Shown: positions 60,942 through 64,000 of the stretch, in pieces | Layout: each line of letters begins with the position of its first letter | Numbering within the stretch: position 1 is the stretch's first letter | NCBI GenBank assembly: GCA_017460175.1 | Contig: JAFUBO010000006.1 | Span: 55,383-119,382, forward strand | Direction: 5' to 3' | Origin: Bacilli bacterium | Lineage (GTDB): Bacteria > Bacillota_I > Bacilli_A > RF39 > UBA660 | Length of the DNA stretch: 64,000 bases | Made by a program: the position numbers and the translations under genes | The notes under the pieces: model-generated | Told to the model about the DNA's origin: nothing | The model's input: the letters and a program-made list of their open reading frames with translations, nothing else | The model's database searches: none

Positions 60942-61310
60942 ATGGCACGTATTAAAGGTGTAGACATTCCAAATGATAAACATATTTGTATTTCATTAAC
61001 TTACATTTATGGTATTGGAAGAAGTCTAGCAAAAACAATTCTAAAAGAAGTTGGAATTGAACCAACTACTAAGACAAAAGATTTATCACAAGATGATTTA
61101 GTTAAAATCCGTGATGAAATTAATAAACATCTAACTGAAGGTGATCTTCGTCGTGAAGTTAGTATGAATATTAAAACTAAGATGGAAATTAACTCATACC
61201 AAGGAAGTCGTCATAAAAAAGGATTACCTGTAAGAGGACAAAGAACTAATCGTAATGCTCGTACTCGTAAGGGTAAAGGAAAGACTGTAGCAAATAAGAA
61301 GAAAGTTTAG
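60942..61310 (+). CDS. rpsM: 30S ribosomal protein S13
   Basis: [17 protein letters not shown]. Confidence 0.99.
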   Translation: MARIKGVDIPNDKHICISLTYIYGIGRSLAKTILKEVGIEPTTKTKDLSQDDLVKIRDEINKHLTEGDLRREVSMNIKTKMEINSYQGSRHKKGLPVRGQRTNRNARTRKGKGKTVANKKKV

Positions 61311-61335
61311 TAATTAAAAAAAGGAGGTAAGACTT

Positions 61336-61719
61336 ATGGCTTATAAAACTAGAAAGAAAAAAGTTAAAAAGAATGTACCTGAAGGTATGGCACATATCCA
61401 TTCAACATTTAACAATACAATTACAACATTAACAGATAAAGATGGAAATGTTATAAGCTGGGCATCATCAGGTGCTATTGGTTTCAAAGGAAGTAAAAAA
61501 TCAACTCCATTCGCTGCTGGAATGGCTGCAGAAGCTGCTGGTAAAGCTGCATATGACATGGGAATGCGTAAAGTTGAGGTTCGCGTAAAAGGTTTAGGAC
61601 CAGGACGTGAAACTGCAATCAGATCATTACAAACTGCAGGACTAGAAGTAACATCAATAGTAGATGTTACACCAATCCCACATAATGGATGTCGTCCACC
61701 AAAACGTCCAAGAGGATAG
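61336..61719 (+). CDS. rpsK: 30S ribosomal protein S11
   Basis: STFNNT, KSTPFAA, PHNGCRP. Confidence 0.99.
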   Translation: MAYKTRKKKVKKNVPEGMAHIHSTFNNTITTLTDKDGNVISWASSGAIGFKGSKKSTPFAAGMAAEAAGKAAYDMGMRKVEVRVKGLGPGRETAIRSLQTAGLEVTSIVDVTPIPHNGCRPPKRPRG

Positions 61720-61789
61720 TAATTGGTAACACATCGTGGTAAAATAAAGTAGAATAGTTCGTGAAAAAAAGTAAAGGGAGGTTAGTTTC

Positions 61790-62740
61790 ATGTTACAATT
61801 TGAAAAACCAATTTATAAAATAACTGATTCTATAGAAAATAATTTTTATGGAAGATTTGAATTAGAACCATTAGAAAGAGGATTTGGTACTACAATCGGT
61901 AATGCTTTAAGAAGAGTAATGTTATCATCATTACCAGGAAGTGCTATTAGTAGTATTAAAATCGATGGAGTTCTTCATGAATTCCAAACAATTGACGGAG
62001 TTTACGAAGACGTTACTACTATTATCTTAAATTTAAAAGGTATAGTATTTAAAAATCATTCAAATGAAGCAAAAGTAGTAAGAATTAATACTACAAAAGA
62101 AGGAGAAATAACTGCAGCTGATATTGAACATGATGCAGATATTGAAGTAATTAACCAAGATAAAGTAATTTGTCATTTATCTAAAGGAACTACTTTCAAT
62201 ATGGAAATGACTGTTACAAATGGTCGTGGATATGTAAAAAGTGAAGAAAATAAAAAGATTTATGACATTAAGAAAGTTGGAGAAATCGCAATTGATTCAT
62301 TATATTCTCCTATCGAAAGAGTTTCATATGAAGTAGGAAACGCTCGTGTTGGACAAGATGAAAGTTATGATAAATTAATCATGGATGTATGGACAAACGG
62401 TTCAATTAAACCAGAAGAAGCTATCGCTTTAGCAAGTAGAATATTAATCGAACATTTAGAAATTGTTACTGATTTATCTGCAATTGCTGATGTAAGCGGT
62501 ATGATGATTGAAAAGACTGAAGATCCAAAAGTTAAAGCTTTAGAAACTTCAATCGAAGATTTAGACTTTTCAGTAAGAGCATATAACTGCTTAAAGAGAG
62601 CTGGAATTCATACATTACAAGATCTTGTTAATAAGAGTGAATCTGATATGATGAAAATCCGTAACTTAGGTAAAAAATCCCTAAAAGAAGTATTAGATAA
62701 GATAAGAGATATGGGATTAGTATTACGTGATGAAGATTAA
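61790..62740 (+). CDS. rpoA: RNA polymerase subunit alpha
   Basis: EPLERGFGTTIGNALRR, SVRAYNCLKRAGI. Confidence 0.99.
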   Translation: MLQFEKPIYKITDSIENNFYGRFELEPLERGFGTTIGNALRRVMLSSLPGSAISSIKIDGVLHEFQTIDGVYEDVTTIILNLKGIVFKNHSNEAKVVRINTTKEGEITAADIEHDADIEVINQDKVICHLSKGTTFNMEMTVTNGRGYVKSEENKKIYDIKKVGEIAIDSLYSPIERVSYEVGNARVGQDESYDKLIMDVWTNGSIKPEEAIALASRILIEHLEIVTDLSAIADVSGMMIEKTEDPKVKALETSIEDLDFSVRAYNCLKRAGIHTLQDLVNKSESDMMKIRNLGKKSLKEVLDKIRDMGLVLRDED

Positions 62741-62760
62741 TTAGATGAGGAGGAACAATT

Positions 62761-63222
62761 ATGGCATACAGAAAATTAGGTAGAGATAATAAACATAGAA
62801 GAAGTATGTTAGCTACTTTAACTAAACAAGTAGTTAATAATGAAACTATCACAACTACTGATACTAGAGCTAAAGAAGTTCGTAAGTTTGTTGATAAAAT
62901 GATTACTTACGGTAAAAAAGGTGATTTAGTATCTCGTAGAAAAGCTTTAGCTTTCTTACATAATGATACTGAAACAGTAAATAAAATATTCAATGATTTA
63001 GCTAAACGATATGAAAAACGTAATGGTGGATATACTCAAATCTTAAAATTAGGTGAAAGACGTGGAGATAACTCTTTAATGGTAGTTTTAAGATTAGTAG
63101 AGGAAGCTAAAAAAGAAGAAAAAAAAGAAACACCTAAGAAAGAAACAAAAAAAGAAGTAAAATCAGAAAAAAAAGAAGTAAAGAAAACAACTAAGAAGGC
63201 AACTAAAAAAACTGAAAAATAG
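62761..63222 (+). CDS. rplQ: 50S ribosomal protein L17 (K/E-rich extension)
   Basis: RKLGR, RNGGYT, RRGD. Confidence 0.98.
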   Translation: MAYRKLGRDNKHRRSMLATLTKQVVNNETITTTDTRAKEVRKFVDKMITYGKKGDLVSRRKALAFLHNDTETVNKIFNDLAKRYEKRNGGYTQILKLGERRGDNSLMVVLRLVEEAKKEEKKETPKKETKKEVKSEKKEVKKTTKKATKKTEK

Positions 63223-63292
63223 TTATAATCAAAGAGACAAGTTTAAAAACTTGTTTTTTTGTGTTATAATACTATTGAAAGTGGGTGATTTT

Positions 63293-64000
63293 TTGAAAGC
63301 ATTAATCACAGGAGCATCTTCAGGTATTGGACTTGATATGGCAAGATACTTAGCTACACAAAAACATGAACTTATTTTAGTCGCAAGAGATAAACAAAAA
63401 TTAGAGATGATACAGGAACAATTACCCACAAAAGTAACAATAATAGTTGCTGATCTTTCTAATGAACAAAAAGCAAAAGAACTATACGTTATTGCTAAAC
63501 AAGAAAATATAGATATATTAATAAATAATGCCGGATTTGGTGATTTTGGTTATCTTCCAGATACTGATATAAATAAAGATTTAGATATGATTAATACAAA
63601 TGTAAAAGCATTACATATCTTAACAAAATCAGTAGTAAAAGATATGGAAAAGAAAGATACAGATACATATATATTGAATGTAGCTTCATCTGCTGGACTA
63701 ATGCCAGGAGGACCATTAATGAGTACATACTATGCTACTAAATCGTATGTAAGAAGCCTTACTGAAGCATTATACTATGAAGAAAAGAAAAAAAAGACGA
63801 AAGTCCATGTTTCAGTATTATGTCCAGGACCAGTAGATACAAACTTTAATAATGTTGCTGGAGTACATTTTTCTGTTAAACCATTAAAAAGTACTTATGT
63901 AGCTAAATATGCAATAGATAAAATGTTTGATGAGAAGATGTTAATAATTCCAGGAAAAAAGATGAAATTAGCTAACTTTTTTTCAAGATTTGTAAGTAAC
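63293..64000 (+). CDS. SDR family oxidoreductase (3'-truncated by window edge)
   Basis: Read from sequence: TTG start, KALITGASSGIG, LINNAGFG, YYATK (YxxxK), CPGPVDT. Confidence 0.9.
   Translation, partial: MKALITGASSGIGLDMARYLATQKHELILVARDKQKLEMIQEQLPTKVTIIVADLSNEQKAKELYVIAKQENIDILINNAGFGDFGYLPDTDINKDLDMINTNVKALHILTKSVVKDMEKKDTDTYILNVASSAGLMPGGPLMSTYYATKSYVRSLTEALYYEEKKKKTKVHVSVLCPGPVDTNFNNVAGVHFSVKPLKSTYVAKYAIDKMFDEKMLIIPGKKMKLANFFSRFVSN

Noticed and set aside
49604-63429. Short minus-strand ORFs across the ribosomal protein cluster and other housekeeping genes
   Set aside because: Antisense shadows of strongly biased plus-strand genes; no RBS or domain support

Overview
Very AT-rich chromosomal segment of a genome-reduced Bacilli-type Firmicute. 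It uses genetic code 11 and has a frameshifted prfB, spo0A and ftsEX, but no rpmD in the spc cluster; an RF39-like lineage is an inference. The left part is secA followed by a ~10.8-kb integrative mobilizable element inserted into the SecA SEC-C coding tail (12-bp core CATGTGGCTCAG at 2387 and 13227, displaced secA tail at the right end). The element carries two paralogous tyrosine integrases, a leader peptide/terminator upstream of an ArpU-like regulator, and a TetR-GNAT-radical SAM cassette bracketed by duplicated CGGAA-N10-TTCCG palindromes. It also carries rep-xis-int2-mobV, a pMV158-type oriT and a 7x zinc-ribbon nuclease. Next come a repeat-flanked relic cassette, T-box proS, and an unusual protein fusing an integrase arm-binding-like domain to TM/inactive amidase/LysM domains. 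The remainder is housekeeping: prfB, yitT x2, ftsEX-M23, uvrBA, lgt-yvcK-whiA, clpP, gap-pgk-tpiA, spo0A, dinB and the S10-spc-alpha ribosomal protein cluster. No CRISPR array, tRNA or rRNA was seen. All family calls are from motif recognition, not database searches.
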